IMG/VR virus record: IMGVR_UViG_3300020469_003886
Span: 28,103 to 92,102 of that record
Origin: a virus
Strand: one strand, 5' to 3'
Length of the DNA stretch: 64,000 bases
The notes under the pieces were generated by a model that worked only from the letters and a program-made list of their open reading frames with translations, was not told the DNA's origin and did not search any database. The translations under genes and the position numbers were made by a program. This document shows positions 9,151-19,300 of this stretch, piece by piece; positions within the stretch are counted from its first letter, which is position 1; each line of letters opens with the position of its first letter.

Positions 9151-10086
9151 TTAAGAAAATAAACTGCTGACTGATTCCTCGTTGCTTACACGTCTTATGG
9201 CTTCGCCAATAAGTTGGTCGACTGACACTTGTCTAATCTTTGTGATATCATCTTCACAATGGTAAGCAATAGAATCTGTAATAATCACTTCGTCTAGTTT
9301 GCTATCTTGAATTCGCCTACATGACTTTCCTGTTAAGACTCCATGTGTAATATAAGCACGAACACTCAACGCACCTTTATCTAAAAGTATATTGGCGGCA
9401 TTACAAAGTGTTCCGCCCGAGTCAATCATATCGTCAACTAATATTGCATGTTTGTCTCTTACATTACCAATGACGTGCATGGCTTCACTTTCTCCTGGCT
9501 TTGATCTTCTTTTGTCAACAATAGCAATCATGCCATTAAATGAATCTGCAAACTTTCTAGCACGAACAACTCCGCCTGCATCTGGTGATACAAATACAGT
9601 TTTTGTTGCTTCTGATTTTAATTTCTTTTTTATGTCTTTGGTAAAAATAATTCTTGAAGTTAAATCGTCAACTGGTATATCAAAGAATCCTTGAATTTGT
9701 CCTGCATGTAAATCCATTGTTAAAATTCTATCAGCACCTGCTTTGGTAATTAAGTTGGCAACTAATTTAGCACTGATAGGAGTACGTGATGCACTCTTAC
9801 GATCCTGTCTTGCATATCCAAAATATGGCATAACTGCTGTAATTCTTTTTGCTGATGATCTTTTTAATGTATCAATAATAACCAATAACTCCATTAAGTT
9901 ATCGTTAACTGGTGTGCTTGTTGATTGAATTATAAAACAATCTTCTCCTCGAACATTCTCTAATAATTCAACAGAGCATTCGCCGTCTGCGAACCTTCCT
10001 ATTTTTGCTGGAACCACTTTAGTAAAACAGTGTTCGGCAATCGCTTGAGCCAGTTGTAGATTTGACTGTCCTGCAATAATTTTCAT
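9151..10086 (-). CDS. prs: Ribose-phosphate pyrophosphokinase
   Basis: [45 protein letters not shown]. Confidence 0.95.
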   Translation of the reverse strand: MKIIAGQSNLQLAQAIAEHCFTKVVPAKIGRFADGECSVELLENVRGEDCFIIQSTSTPVNDNLMELLVIIDTLKRSSAKRITAVMPYFGYARQDRKSASRTPISAKLVANLITKAGADRILTMDLHAGQIQGFFDIPVDDLTSRIIFTKDIKKKLKSEATKTVFVSPDAGGVVRARKFADSFNGMIAIVDKRRSKPGESEAMHVIGNVRDKHAILVDDMIDSGGTLCNAANILLDKGALSVRAYITHGVLTGKSCRRIQDSKLDEVIITDSIAYHCEDDITKIRQVSVDQLIGEAIRRVSNEESVSSLFS

Positions 10087-10097
10087 GTATCCCCCTA

Positions 10098-11150
10098 TTA
10101 TTTCACTGTATAACTTTCATAAACTTTGTTTATGTTGTTATGCACTGTTACAAAACTTGCACACTTAGGCATGTCTTTTAATCTTCTTGCACCAATATAG
10201 GTACAAGCACTTCTTACCCCGCCGAGAATATCTTCTATAGTTGGTTCAACAGGACCACGATATGGCAGTTGAATAAATCTGCCTTCATTACCTCTGTAAC
10301 CATCTTTTCTTTTGCCATGCACTTCTCTTGCACGGTCTGAACTCATTCCATAAAATTCAACATTGCCATCAACCACAGGTTTTTCTGATTCATCATGACC
10401 TGCTAACATTCCGCCAACCATAACCATATGTGCTCCTGCACCAAAGGCTTTTGCAATATCTCCAGGATACACACAACCGCCGTCTGCAAGTATATGCCCG
10501 TCAACTCCGTTGGCCGCATCTGCACAATCAAGTATTGCTGAAAACTGCGGAACACCAACTCCTGTCATTGTTCTTGTAGTACATACTGATCCAGGGCCAA
10601 TACCAATCTTAACAACATCAGCACCATTTATAATAAGTTCTTCTGTCATTTCTGGTGTAACAACATTGCCAGCAATAATTACCTTTGTTGGATATTCATC
10701 TCTTACACGTTTTATAAAATCCACAAAGTTTTCATGATATGCGTTTGCAACATCAACTGTGATAAATTTAACATCAGGAAATGCTTTTAAAACTTCCTGC
10801 ATGTTTTTGTAATCAGGTGCATCATCATCCCACATTTTGTTTGTACCTGTACATACTGAAACACTTTGTAATCTTACACCATTTCCAACTGCCGTTCTCC
10901 ATTGTTCTAGTGTTGTTGACTTTGTGATCACTGTCATCATTTTATGTTCTTGTAATGCTTTGGCCATCGAAAATGTTCCAATGCCATCCATGTTTGAAGC
11001 AAAGATAGGTAAAAAGTTTACAACTTTACCAGAGTTTCTAAACGTAAATTTTCTTGTCATGTCAACATCTTTACGACTTGACAATGTAGAACGTTTTGGT
11101 TCTAACAATACATCATCAAAGTTAAGTTTAGGTTGTGTGTTAATACGCAT
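10098..11150 (-). CDS. guaC: GMP reductase
   Basis: [49 protein letters not shown]. Confidence 0.93.
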   Translation of the reverse strand: MRINTQPKLNFDDVLLEPKRSTLSSRKDVDMTRKFTFRNSGKVVNFLPIFASNMDGIGTFSMAKALQEHKMMTVITKSTTLEQWRTAVGNGVRLQSVSVCTGTNKMWDDDAPDYKNMQEVLKAFPDVKFITVDVANAYHENFVDFIKRVRDEYPTKVIIAGNVVTPEMTEELIINGADVVKIGIGPGSVCTTRTMTGVGVPQFSAILDCADAANGVDGHILADGGCVYPGDIAKAFGAGAHMVMVGGMLAGHDESEKPVVDGNVEFYGMSSDRAREVHGKRKDGYRGNEGRFIQLPYRGPVEPTIEDILGGVRSACTYIGARRLKDMPKCASFVTVHNNINKVYESYTVK

Positions 11151-11154
11151 TTTG

Positions 11155-12126
11155 TTATCCTTCTAATTTACTTTTGACCTGAGGTCCTAGTAATTCATTT
11201 ATAAACATTGTGTATACTTCTGGTTTAAAATGAATCTTGTCTGAATGCATTTCATTAAATGCTTGTTTACTACCTGCTTTTTGTTTGGCCCAATCAAGAA
11301 ATGCCCAATCAATATCACCATTCAACCAATTTTCTTGTTTACCAACTATATTTTTATATGTGTCCTGATAAACATGATGATCTAAATATTGTTTACCACA
11401 ATGTGAAAACAACATAAATTTAACATTCAAAGACTTTAATGTATTGATAATATTCATAATATTTGCTAGATATAATGAAACGTCCATATCACTCAAATCC
11501 ATAAACACTGAATAGAAGTAGCAGTATATCAACATGTTTTTAAATTGTTCATCATTACTACCTAATGCTTTGTACAGTTCATTAAATTTCTTTTTTACAT
11601 TATCTCTTTCGTGATTACTGAGATTTGCATTTTTGTAAAAACTTTCAACTGTCCATGTTGTTTCACCTTTAAAAAAGTCTCGAACAGATGCTGTAGTATC
11701 AGCACCATGATAAAAATCAACACACTCTTGTTTTGAAATGCTTTTTCTATTGGGCCAAGCATACTGCTCTCCACGTTCCCAATCTTTAGTTAGTACACGT
11801 TGTCTTGAATATATTGGATGATAATTTTTTTGTTTGTTGATATATGTGCCTGTAATATGACTTGAAATTTCTACATCAACTTTGTCTGTGTCTGGCACTT
11901 CAATAACAAACATATCTGGTTTGTATTCATTATAAAAGTTTATAATCTTTGTTGGATAAAAGAACGAAGAAAAAGAACTTTCTCCTCCATTGTATACATA
12001 ATTTTCAATACCGTTTGTTTCTAAATGTTTTGACAGTTGTCCTGGCCAACCTTCATAAAATGTATAGTCGTTTGCTTCGGCTCCGCCGTAGGTATGACTA
12101 GTTCCTAAACATACAATTTTTTTCAT
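11155..12126 (-). CDS. SGNH/GDSL-hydrolase-like protein
   Basis: N-terminal CLGTSHTYG...WP and C-terminal DxxH (SDKIH); similar to 47872-48777. Confidence 0.55.
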   Translation of the reverse strand: MKKIVCLGTSHTYGGAEANDYTFYEGWPGQLSKHLETNGIENYVYNGGESSFSSFFYPTKIINFYNEYKPDMFVIEVPDTDKVDVEISSHITGTYINKQKNYHPIYSRQRVLTKDWERGEQYAWPNRKSISKQECVDFYHGADTTASVRDFFKGETTWTVESFYKNANLSNHERDNVKKKFNELYKALGSNDEQFKNMLIYCYFYSVFMDLSDMDVSLYLANIMNIINTLKSLNVKFMLFSHCGKQYLDHHVYQDTYKNIVGKQENWLNGDIDWAFLDWAKQKAGSKQAFNEMHSDKIHFKPEVYTMFINELLGPQVKSKLEG

Positions 12127-12157
12127 ACTTTTATACTACTACCTTTTGTTTTAAAAA

Positions 12158-12439
12158 TCAAGAATAATCATTCCACAATCTCCACTTTTCATCTTGTGGT
12201 ATCCATCCTTCAGGAATTGGAAAATCCCAATCTTTTTCTTCCATCTTGACCCAAATTTTTTCAAACATTTTTTCTAAACCACCTTCTAAAGGATTGTCTT
12301 CTCCTTCTTCTTTGGTCATTTTTTCAACACTGTCTAAAAATTCTTTTACACCTTCGTACACTTTTTCTCTGTTGTACTCTCGCAATCTTTGGTGGTCGTA
12401 GTATTCTTTATAATTATAGTATTCTTCTTTACTAATCAT
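12158..12439 (-). CDS. Hypothetical protein
   Basis: 93 aa ORF. Confidence 0.65.
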   Translation of the reverse strand: MISKEEYYNYKEYYDHQRLREYNREKVYEGVKEFLDSVEKMTKEEGEDNPLEGGLEKMFEKIWVKMEEKDWDFPIPEGWIPQDEKWRLWNDYS

Positions 12440-12512
12440 ATTTTCTAACGTGTATCAATACACCTAATACAATAACTGATACCACAATACCTAAAAAAAA
12501 TAATCCAATCAT
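12432..12512 (-). CDS. Single-TM microprotein (26 aa)
   Basis: Manual translation MIGLFFLGIVVSVIVLGVLIHVRKYD; ATGA-coupled to the upstream gene and fills the gap. Confidence 0.6.
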   Translation of the reverse strand: MIGLFFLGIVVSVIVLGVLIHVRKYD

Positions 12513-12739
12513 TCTACTATCTCAACTTTTGCTTCAGTTTCTATAACTACTCTAGCACCACAACTAAGAATAGGCTTATCATTACCACCATAACGTACAA
12601 CACTATCACCTAATATTCTAACAGCATGACAATAGTCATTTTTACTTCCACGTTTAACAGTGATAACTGGTTCATTGGTACCATGTTTTTTGTTACTTCT
12701 AATTTTATGTTGATTAACGTGTATGTAAGTTTTTACCAT
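12509..12739 (-). CDS. Conserved phage hypothetical protein
   Basis: IHVNQHKIRSN...LSCGARVVIET. Confidence 0.75.
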   Translation of the reverse strand: MVKTYIHVNQHKIRSNKKHGTNEPVITVKRGSKNDYCHAVRILGDSVVRYGGNDKPILSCGARVVIETEAKVEIVE

Positions 12740-13008
12740 TTAACATCTTTTTTAAATTTATCAATCGCTTCATAGAACGGTGTTTCTAATCCAAACTGTT
12801 TAGATATTGCGGCATGAATAAACTTAAATGCTAATGCTAAATCTTTTTGAAAATCAGGATCGTCAATTGGAAAATTATTATGATGTAAAGAATGTACCAA
12901 CGATTCAACTCCATCTTTAGTAATAATTTCTGCGGACAATAAGTTGTTTAATGTTTTCTTTTTTTGATTTTTCTTAATGTGTTTTTTAATGTCAATAATA
13001 TCAGTCAT
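12733..13008 (-). CDS. Hypothetical protein
   Basis: 91 aa ORF with coupled overlaps. Confidence 0.65.
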   Translation of the reverse strand: MTDIIDIKKHIKKNQKKKTLNNLLSAEIITKDGVESLVHSLHHNNFPIDDPDFQKDLALAFKFIHAAISKQFGLETPFYEAIDKFKKDVKW

Positions 13009-13174
13009 TTGTTTTCCATTTTTCTACTTCTCTAATAGAATGATTTAGATCAGTTAATTGTTCTTCTATTTGTTGTATTTTAGTATCACTGAAAGCATAT
13101 TCCAACTGTGATTCTAAATCTTTTCTTTCTTCGTTTAGTTTATCTAACTTATCGTTAATGTATTGTGTGTTCAT
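13001..13174 (-). CDS. Small coiled-coil protein (57 aa)
   Basis: Manual translation MNTQYINDKLDKLNEERKDLESQLEY...; AAGGAG SD. Confidence 0.65.
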   Translation of the reverse strand: MNTQYINDKLDKLNEERKDLESQLEYAFSDTKIQQIEEQLTDLNHSIREVEKWKTND

Positions 13175-13179
13175 TATAT

Positions 13180-13350
13180 TTACTCCTTGTTACATATAAA
13201 ACTAGTTGATTGTTCAGTACACTCACACCCACCGCCTATACTGCCACTACATGCCATGTTGTGTTCAAACCATTTTTCCGGATAATCTGTAAAAACTATT
13301 CCAGTAATCAATGCTATTGAAATAGCAATTGCTGTTAAAAATGGTTTCAT
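13180..13350 (-). CDS. Small membrane-anchored Cys-rich protein
   Basis: MKPFLTAIAISIALITGIVF...CSGSIGGGCEC...C; ATGA overlap supports this start. Confidence 0.6.
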   Translation of the reverse strand: MKPFLTAIAISIALITGIVFTDYPEKWFEHNMACSGSIGGGCECTEQSTSFICNKE

Positions 13351-13475
13351 GAGTAACTTACCCATACTATCCAAGAAATGATTGCAATAAATCCTGCTAT
13401 CAAAACGTGGTTGCCTAAGTTCCACGCACTCTTTCCTACTGTGTGTGGATTCTTTGGATCGATTATATTATTCAT
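13347..13475 (-). CDS. Single-TM microprotein (42 aa)
   Basis: Manual translation MNNIIDPKNPHTVGKSAWNLGNHVLIAGFIAIISWIVWVSYS; GGAGGAG SD. Confidence 0.7.
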   Translation of the reverse strand: MNNIIDPKNPHTVGKSAWNLGNHVLIAGFIAIISWIVWVSYS

Positions 13476-13839
13476 GTTCTCCTCCTGGATCATCTTTTGG
13501 CAAACTAACTCTAAAGGGATTGCCAAATTTATCCCTATATATCACATATTCACGTCCTCGACCATAACTGTGATATCCCCAATGGTATTTGTTTTTTTTA
13601 ACATTGTGAAATTGTTTGAATGTAAAATACATTGCAAATAAAATTGCTATGTGTCCTACCACTAGTCCTGTCCATACAGTTGCATATATTTGTCCCCAGA
13701 TGAATAAAGTAAATGCTGTAGACCAGACAAAACTTAATATAGTTAATAGTTGAAGCCTTACTGTTTTTGGTAAAGCACGGAGATCATTTTTTGAATCATC
13801 AAAAAGGATAGTCGCCGCAGATATCATCCATTGTTTCAT
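13468..13839 (-). CDS. Two-TM membrane protein
   Basis: Hydrophobic helices; C-terminus DDPGGEHE. Confidence 0.7.
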   Translation of the reverse strand: MKQWMISAATILFDDSKNDLRALPKTVRLQLLTILSFVWSTAFTLFIWGQIYATVWTGLVVGHIAILFAMYFTFKQFHNVKKNKYHWGYHSYGRGREYVIYRDKFGNPFRVSLPKDDPGGEHE

Positions 13840-15155
13840 TATATTTTTTCTCCTTGTTCGAAACCTCTAAATCTTAAAAATCTAGGGAATCTTAAACTCC
13901 ATTCATTTTCTGCGTCTTGGTTTTTAGTAATAGCATCAGCTCTAACTTCTACTATCTGCCCAACTAGTTTTTCTTTACCAGCCCAAAACTCATCTCTGTT
14001 ATCATCAGTTAGTCCACTACCAACGTTGACTCTGATAAACTTATCATCATCAGTACCTTCACAAATAAGAGCACCTAGTTTACCTTCGTTTCTACCTGTG
14101 CCTTCTTCTGTTGCTATTACTTCTAATGAAACTTCAATAAAAGGTTTTGCTTTTAACATATAATGACTTCGCTTACACTCATATGGTGCATTTCTATCTT
14201 TGATCATTATACCTTCAAAACCTTTTTCAATAGCCATTGTGTTGTAATCTTTAAAAATCTTTTGTCCTTGTTCAGTATCAAAATTACATTCTATTTTTTC
14301 TACTGGAAAAATATTACTGTACAGTGGATTTAGATCTAAAAATAATGCTTCAAGTTGTTTGTGTCTATCCCAACATCCTAGTTCTGACGTTCCTGCTTTG
14401 AATTCTTTTAATGTCAGCACATCAAATACGGCAAACTTGGCGTCTGTTGCTTCTACATTGTCTTTTCTATGCACTTGTTTCATTAATGCTTGAAAAGAAC
14501 TTGATACCATTTCGCCATCCAATACCATTGACTCTGTAAACTTATCTGCAAATGCATCTACTATTTCTGTTTCAATATGACTAAAATTAATAAACTGCTT
14601 ACCATTACGTGAATACATAGTAACTGACTTTGATTCAACATCATATATTGCAAGTACTCTTACACCATCTAGTTTGTAATCTAATAGTTTTTCACCCACT
14701 AGTTTCTTTTCATGGTTAGCACTATCATGTGCCAGCATACATTTAAAAACAGGTATAGTGTAATCTTTGTTTACTTTTTTAACCACATTGTTAATTGTCT
14801 TTTCACTTACACCACAACGTAGGTCTTTAATAAGAATACGTCTATACCAACTGTTCCAATCAGATTCATTTGATTGATCCATTGCTTCAGCGACAGCATC
14901 TCTGGCCGCATGACCTGTAAGTTCACGTTTCATTAATTGATCAGCAAGATCACAAAATTGATTCCAACTAAATCCATTACCATTAGAATTTGTTTTTTCA
15001 GGAACTTGTTTAACACCAAATGAAACTAATGGATCAAGTGCAAGTTGACAACCTTGAAAAAACTCAATGTTGTTTGCTTTTGCTTCTCGTTTGATTACAT
15101 CTTCTTTAAACAATCTTGAATTGTTAGATTCTAATTCTTGTATTATGCTGTACAT
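13839..15155 (-). CDS. ATP-dependent DNA ligase (T4 gp30-like)
   Basis: KLDGVR, LDGE, FAVFD, EGIMIK, KAKP, SLRFPRF. Confidence 0.95.
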   Translation of the reverse strand: MYSIIQELESNNSRLFKEDVIKREAKANNIEFFQGCQLALDPLVSFGVKQVPEKTNSNGNGFSWNQFCDLADQLMKRELTGHAARDAVAEAMDQSNESDWNSWYRRILIKDLRCGVSEKTINNVVKKVNKDYTIPVFKCMLAHDSANHEKKLVGEKLLDYKLDGVRVLAIYDVESKSVTMYSRNGKQFINFSHIETEIVDAFADKFTESMVLDGEMVSSSFQALMKQVHRKDNVEATDAKFAVFDVLTLKEFKAGTSELGCWDRHKQLEALFLDLNPLYSNIFPVEKIECNFDTEQGQKIFKDYNTMAIEKGFEGIMIKDRNAPYECKRSHYMLKAKPFIEVSLEVIATEEGTGRNEGKLGALICEGTDDDKFIRVNVGSGLTDDNRDEFWAGKEKLVGQIVEVRADAITKNQDAENEWSLRFPRFLRFRGFEQGEKI

Positions 15156-15361
15156 ATTTTTTCTGCTACCTCTCTGCTGTGTTTACATTTACCGTGATTT
15201 GCGAAGCCAATACAACTACACACAAAACCCTGTTCAGTCATTTCAACTCCATATGAATTGCCTGTTGATCCTGTGATTGGCCACTCAACACCAACAAACG
15301 GATGACCTTTAAAATCAATCTCTTGCGGTGTGTAATATCTTGGTTTGTATTTTTTATTCAT
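15143..15361 (-). CDS. SWIM zinc-finger protein
   Basis: Y.V...CSC.GF...CKH. Confidence 0.8.
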   Translation of the reverse strand: MNKKYKPRYYTPQEIDFKGHPFVGVEWPITGSTGNSYGVEMTEQGFVCSCIGFANHGKCKHSREVAEKICTA

Positions 15362-15368
15362 TTTTATA

Positions 15369-15617
15369 TTAGATTTTATCCCCAGTGATATCAAATGCCC
15401 ATTGATCCCACGGTTCAGTTTTAGTTGCTTTTAAGCAAGACTTAATAACTTTGTAACCTGTAAATGTTTCTAATGATTCTACAATTGTTTGTGCTGTTGT
15501 TTGATTGACATAATCACACCACATAGTTCCATTTGAAAACCATGGATCAATCTTTTCTTGGTGTTCAACTGCAACATCATATTTCACTTGGTCCATTGCC
15601 ATTTTTTCAAAAGCCAT
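15369..15617 (-). CDS. Hypothetical protein
   Basis: 82 aa ORF with TAATG coupling. Confidence 0.65.
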   Translation of the reverse strand: MAFEKMAMDQVKYDVAVEHQEKIDPWFSNGTMWCDYVNQTTAQTIVESLETFTGYKVIKSCLKATKTEPWDQWAFDITGDKI

Positions 15618-16309
15618 TATTTGTCTCCTATTCTTAGAACTTTAATTCTATTAACAATAGTTTCCTTACCACCATTGTATTTGTTAACTTGATGATCTTT
15701 AACGTATGCACTGATTTGCAAACTAGCACCTTCAACTATTCCATCATCTTCTGGATTGCTTGGTGTAAAATGTTTAAGTATGTTTTTGCCTTGCATAAAA
15801 CTTACAATGTATAAACCTTTGTGTGGTAAAGGCTTAACCATTTCAACTACAACATCAAATACATTTCTTTTCTTTACATCACCTGTAAACATACTGTTGG
15901 AAGCCATTTGTTCTTCTTTGACTTTTCTTGCTTCTTTGTCAAGTGTTGTTTTGTAAGTGTGTGGAAGTGAAGCAATAATACCAATGTCTTTTGCTTTCAC
16001 AGTATTTTGTGCAATACAACCTAATACTGCTTCTTGGAAATTGTTATTTGTTTCACCAAGTTTAAACAACAGTAGTCCTTGATAATGTTCAATTATTTCA
16101 TCTGCAAATGCTAGATCTTTTTTAGCATGTTTTGGATTTTCTTTTGCAAGTTCTTCAATAACCAATGTTTTGTTAGATTTTCTTTCATTATAATCTGCTT
16201 CTGTAGTTCTAACATAACCTGATTTACGGTATATTGCGTTAGCAACTGCAAGAGCAGTTTTTGTGTTATATACTATTTTTTCCATTTTCTGTGCCTTTCT
16301 GCTGTTCAT
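15617..16309 (-). CDS. Hypothetical protein, C-terminus possibly OB-fold-like
   Basis: ORF downstream of a sigma70 promoter; start ambiguous. Confidence 0.65.
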   Translation of the reverse strand: MNSRKAQKMEKIVYNTKTALAVANAIYRKSGYVRTTEADYNERKSNKTLVIEELAKENPKHAKKDLAFADEIIEHYQGLLLFKLGETNNNFQEAVLGCIAQNTVKAKDIGIIASLPHTYKTTLDKEARKVKEEQMASNSMFTGDVKKRNVFDVVVEMVKPLPHKGLYIVSFMQGKNILKHFTPSNPEDDGIVEGASLQISAYVKDHQVNKYNGGKETIVNRIKVLRIGDK

Positions 16310-16315
16310 ATTATT

Positions 16316-16385
16316 AATATAACACAAATTAGGATTCTGTCAACCAGAAAAATAGGTAAAAAAATGTAGTAAAATCAATGGTTTA
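16316..16385 (-). promoter_or_regulatory. Sigma70 promoter with upstream IHF-consensus site
   Basis: TTGACA-N16-TATATT; AATCAA-TGGT-TTA (WATCAANNNNTTR) at 16373-16385 on the plus strand, beside A-tracts. Confidence 0.6.
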
Positions 16386-16458
16386 ATGATAGTTAAGGAA
16401 CTGAATCTGCCTTCTTCTGCTATATCTATTTATCAAATTGGCCAGAAAATATAGAGTG

Positions 16459-17709
16459 CTATGCTGACATAGACTTTGTTAAGGATTGTAAAGTATTATG
16501 ATTTTTCATATATGGCGAAAAATACCCAATTTTTTTAGATAATTGTTCGTCATCGTATGGAATCTTTCGAGAAATCCAACCTACAATATTATCTGCATCT
16601 TCTGTTTCTGGATGATAATAATGTCGATGATCGCATATCTCATATCTAATATCTGTGTAATTGTCAATGCATTCAGCAAAAAATTTATTATATGCAAAAT
16701 CTTCTTTAATAGAATCTAACATATCTAAATTTATAATGAAACATTGTCTTACTAATTCTTTTTCACTGCCTGTTTTCCAACCAGCAATTGGTGTTGTCAT
16801 ATCTAAATTATTAACATAATCAATTATACTGTTGTCAGTCCAAACATACCCACCAAACGCAACCAGCACTTTTTTGAATCCTTTTTTCTTTAAACCTTTT
16901 AAAAATTTTAAATCTCCTTTAAAAGGCTGAGTTGTTACTGCAATATTTTCAAATCCATGATCTATCATATTAAGAATTGTCATTGTTGCCATCCAATCAG
17001 TTTGCTTTGGAAGTACATGCATATCTTTATTCCATACTGCATAACATACGTCATTATCAGAATTATAGTTGTAAACTGTTTTTGTTTCAGCATAATCTAA
17101 ATTTACAGTTAATCTAATTACTAAAGAATTACGTTCTACACCCAACGTTGGCTTATGCCAAGAATTATTATTCGATATCATAATGTATCCTTGATTTGGC
17201 AAGAATTTTTTTCTATACATTTCATTATCAGCATTATCAACAAACTGTGTTCCATATTGTTCTAGATTGTTGTCTTTAGGAAGATAAATTTGCAATGTTA
17301 TTGTTGATAAACTATTTTTTTGGTCTGTATGTGCTTTATCAATTTGATGCTCATATTCAGTATGAAAACTTATCCTTGATGATGTTAATTCAGCAACTTG
17401 ATCAATATTATCAAAATTAAATTTTTTAAGTATTTGTTTTTTAAAGTCATTTGTTTTTGTGTAGTTCCATAATTCTTTGTAAAAAGAATCTTTGTTTGCT
17501 ATTTCATCAAATATTATAATTGACGGTTCTGTTCCTTGGGGAGGAGCATCTGAATGTGTATACAATTTTTTAAAGTCTTCAATATCATGTGCAATCTTTT
17601 GATAATGCTCATTTGTAAAAAAATCACATATATCAAATGCTGTTACATGATGCTCGACTTCACTAATTGTGTCTGCTTCTTTTATTTTTTTATCAATATA
17701 ATCAAACAT
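16459..17709 (-). CDS. 2OG-Fe(II) oxygenase-like domain plus unknown C-terminal domain
   Basis: HTD...TLQIYLP...GT.F...SWH...R pattern. Confidence 0.6.
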   Translation of the reverse strand: MFDYIDKKIKEADTISEVEHHVTAFDICDFFTNEHYQKIAHDIEDFKKLYTHSDAPPQGTEPSIIIFDEIANKDSFYKELWNYTKTNDFKKQILKKFNFDNIDQVAELTSSRISFHTEYEHQIDKAHTDQKNSLSTITLQIYLPKDNNLEQYGTQFVDNADNEMYRKKFLPNQGYIMISNNNSWHKPTLGVERNSLVIRLTVNLDYAETKTVYNYNSDNDVCYAVWNKDMHVLPKQTDWMATMTILNMIDHGFENIAVTTQPFKGDLKFLKGLKKKGFKKVLVAFGGYVWTDNSIIDYVNNLDMTTPIAGWKTGSEKELVRQCFIINLDMLDSIKEDFAYNKFFAECIDNYTDIRYEICDHRHYYHPETEDADNIVGWISRKIPYDDEQLSKKIGYFSPYMKNHNTLQSLTKSMSA

Positions 17710-17724
17710 TTTAAATATTTATAC

Positions 17725-17799
17725 TGGCATTCCCTAGGAGAATCGAACTCCTCTTTCCTGGATGAAAACCAGGTGTCCTAACCGATAGACGAAGGGAAC
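17725..17799 (-). tRNA. tRNA-Glu(TTC)
   Basis: GTTCCCT..CCTGG TT TTC AT CCAGG..TTCGATT..AGGGAAT G CCA. Confidence 0.96.
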
Positions 17800-17807
17800 A
17801 AATCCAT

Positions 17808-18026
17808 TTACTTATTATACTTTATATCTGTTTTTGCTTGGCTATAAGCATAATATACTGCACCTACTAGGAATATGAATCCCATAGCAACTATATGCCC
17901 CCATGCTTCACTTTGCATTTGGCCACCTACAAATTTGCCAATTTCAATTCCAGCATAGCCAAAACCAAATATTGCCACTAAAAATAATAATGCATGTGTA
18001 AGATGTTTTAAAAAATATTTCGTCAT
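17808..18026 (-). CDS. Small two-TM membrane protein
   Basis: 72 aa hydrophobic ORF; GAGG SD. Confidence 0.7.
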   Translation of the reverse strand: MTKYFLKHLTHALLFLVAIFGFGYAGIEIGKFVGGQMQSEAWGHIVAMGFIFLVGAVYYAYSQAKTDIKYNK

Positions 18027-18076
18027 AGTAACCTCTCGTGTTAATTTGTTAATATGTATAGTATAATAACATGATA

Positions 18077-19300
18077 CTATATATTGTCAAGAGATTCTTT
18101 TAACAAAGGTGAAACTTTTTCTAAAGATTCATTTCTTGATTTATCAACCCCATCAGTATATTCTTTGAACCTTGGAATATATTTACTCCAATCTTCTGCC
18201 ATCATGTAATTTATAAGTCCTTCAACTTTGTCTTGTTTAATCCAAGGTTGTAATCGTTTTGCCGCTTCTTCTTTTAAGTTTTGTGGCAGTACTCTAACAT
18301 TTAAATAATCAGGATGATCGAGTATGTTTAAATATGGAAAATACCCAAACTGCATTGTGTATTCAAATAATTCATTTAAATCTAGTACATTGTATATTTG
18401 TACTGTAGAATGGACTTGTACTCTCATTTTACCTTGTTTTTCCATTTCAGCGAATGCTGATAAATTTTTATGTACAGATTTCCAGTTAGTTGGATATCTA
18501 ATATATCTGTTTAATTGATCATATCCGTCTATAGATGCATTTATTTTAATTTTTTTAAAATGTTTCCAATAGTCAATCATCTTTGGTGGAATATTTGTTA
18601 AGTTTGTATTGTATTTTAAAATAATATCTTTTGCTTTGTTTAGTTCAATACAACGATCAAATAGTTTATATTGTTCAAGTGCAAGTGTAGGCTCACCACC
18701 TGTAAGATATATTTCTTCTACAGTATCGATTATTGGCATAAGATTTTCCCAAGTACTTTCATTTGTTGGCCAATTCATATGTGCTAATCTATCACGTTCT
18801 TGTTGATCAATTGTTGATCCATCATATGATGTTGTTGTGTTCCATTCTTCTACCCATTGATTTGATGCCCATGGGTTACACATTCTACATCTTAAATTAC
18901 ACAAGTTACCTAAACGTAAATCAACATATACACCTTTAACAGGTGCTGTTCCATCTTCTTTGGTATTTTCTAATGCTTCTTGAATATGTTCTTTATAAGA
19001 TTCGTTAAAACCTTCACGTGCAGATTTTATACCTGTTGCTTCTTCTCTCCAACATCTCACGCACATCTTTGGTTTTTTTCCATCCAGTAAGTCTTTACGT
19101 AAATCTTTGTATACTTTTGTATTCCATATTTCGTCTGGAGAATTTTTGTAAATTTTATATGGTGCACCAGATTCATCTGTGATAAAATTTTCTCCAGGAG
19201 TTGAATTACAGCACACACGATAATTTCCACTTGAATTAGTAGCAACGTGCATCCATGGTAATATACAAAAAGTATTAGACTGTTTCATATGTTCCTTCAA
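18077..19300 (-). CDS. Radical SAM protein with N-terminal twitch/SPASM-like Cys domain
   Basis: CILPW..RVCC..CVRC, then CNLRCRMC, TGGEP, YNTN, ASIDG. Confidence 0.9.
   Translation of the reverse strand: MKEHMKQSNTFCILPWMHVATNSSGNYRVCCNSTPGENFITDESGAPYKIYKNSPDEIWNTKVYKDLRKDLLDGKKPKMCVRCWREEATGIKSAREGFNESYKEHIQEALENTKEDGTAPVKGVYVDLRLGNLCNLRCRMCNPWASNQWVEEWNTTTSYDGSTIDQQERDRLAHMNWPTNESTWENLMPIIDTVEEIYLTGGEPTLALEQYKLFDRCIELNKAKDIILKYNTNLTNIPPKMIDYWKHFKKIKINASIDGYDQLNRYIRYPTNWKSVHKNLSAFAEMEKQGKMRVQVHSTVQIYNVLDLNELFEYTMQFGYFPYLNILDHPDYLNVRVLPQNLKEEAAKRLQPWIKQDKVEGLINYMMAEDWSKYIPRFKEYTDGVDKSRNESLEKVSPLLKESLDNI

Noticed and set aside
9151-10086. NARP1 anti-defence NAD pathway (Adps plus Namat)
   Set aside because: The protein looks like canonical Prs and sits next to guaC; no NAMPT-like gene is in the window.
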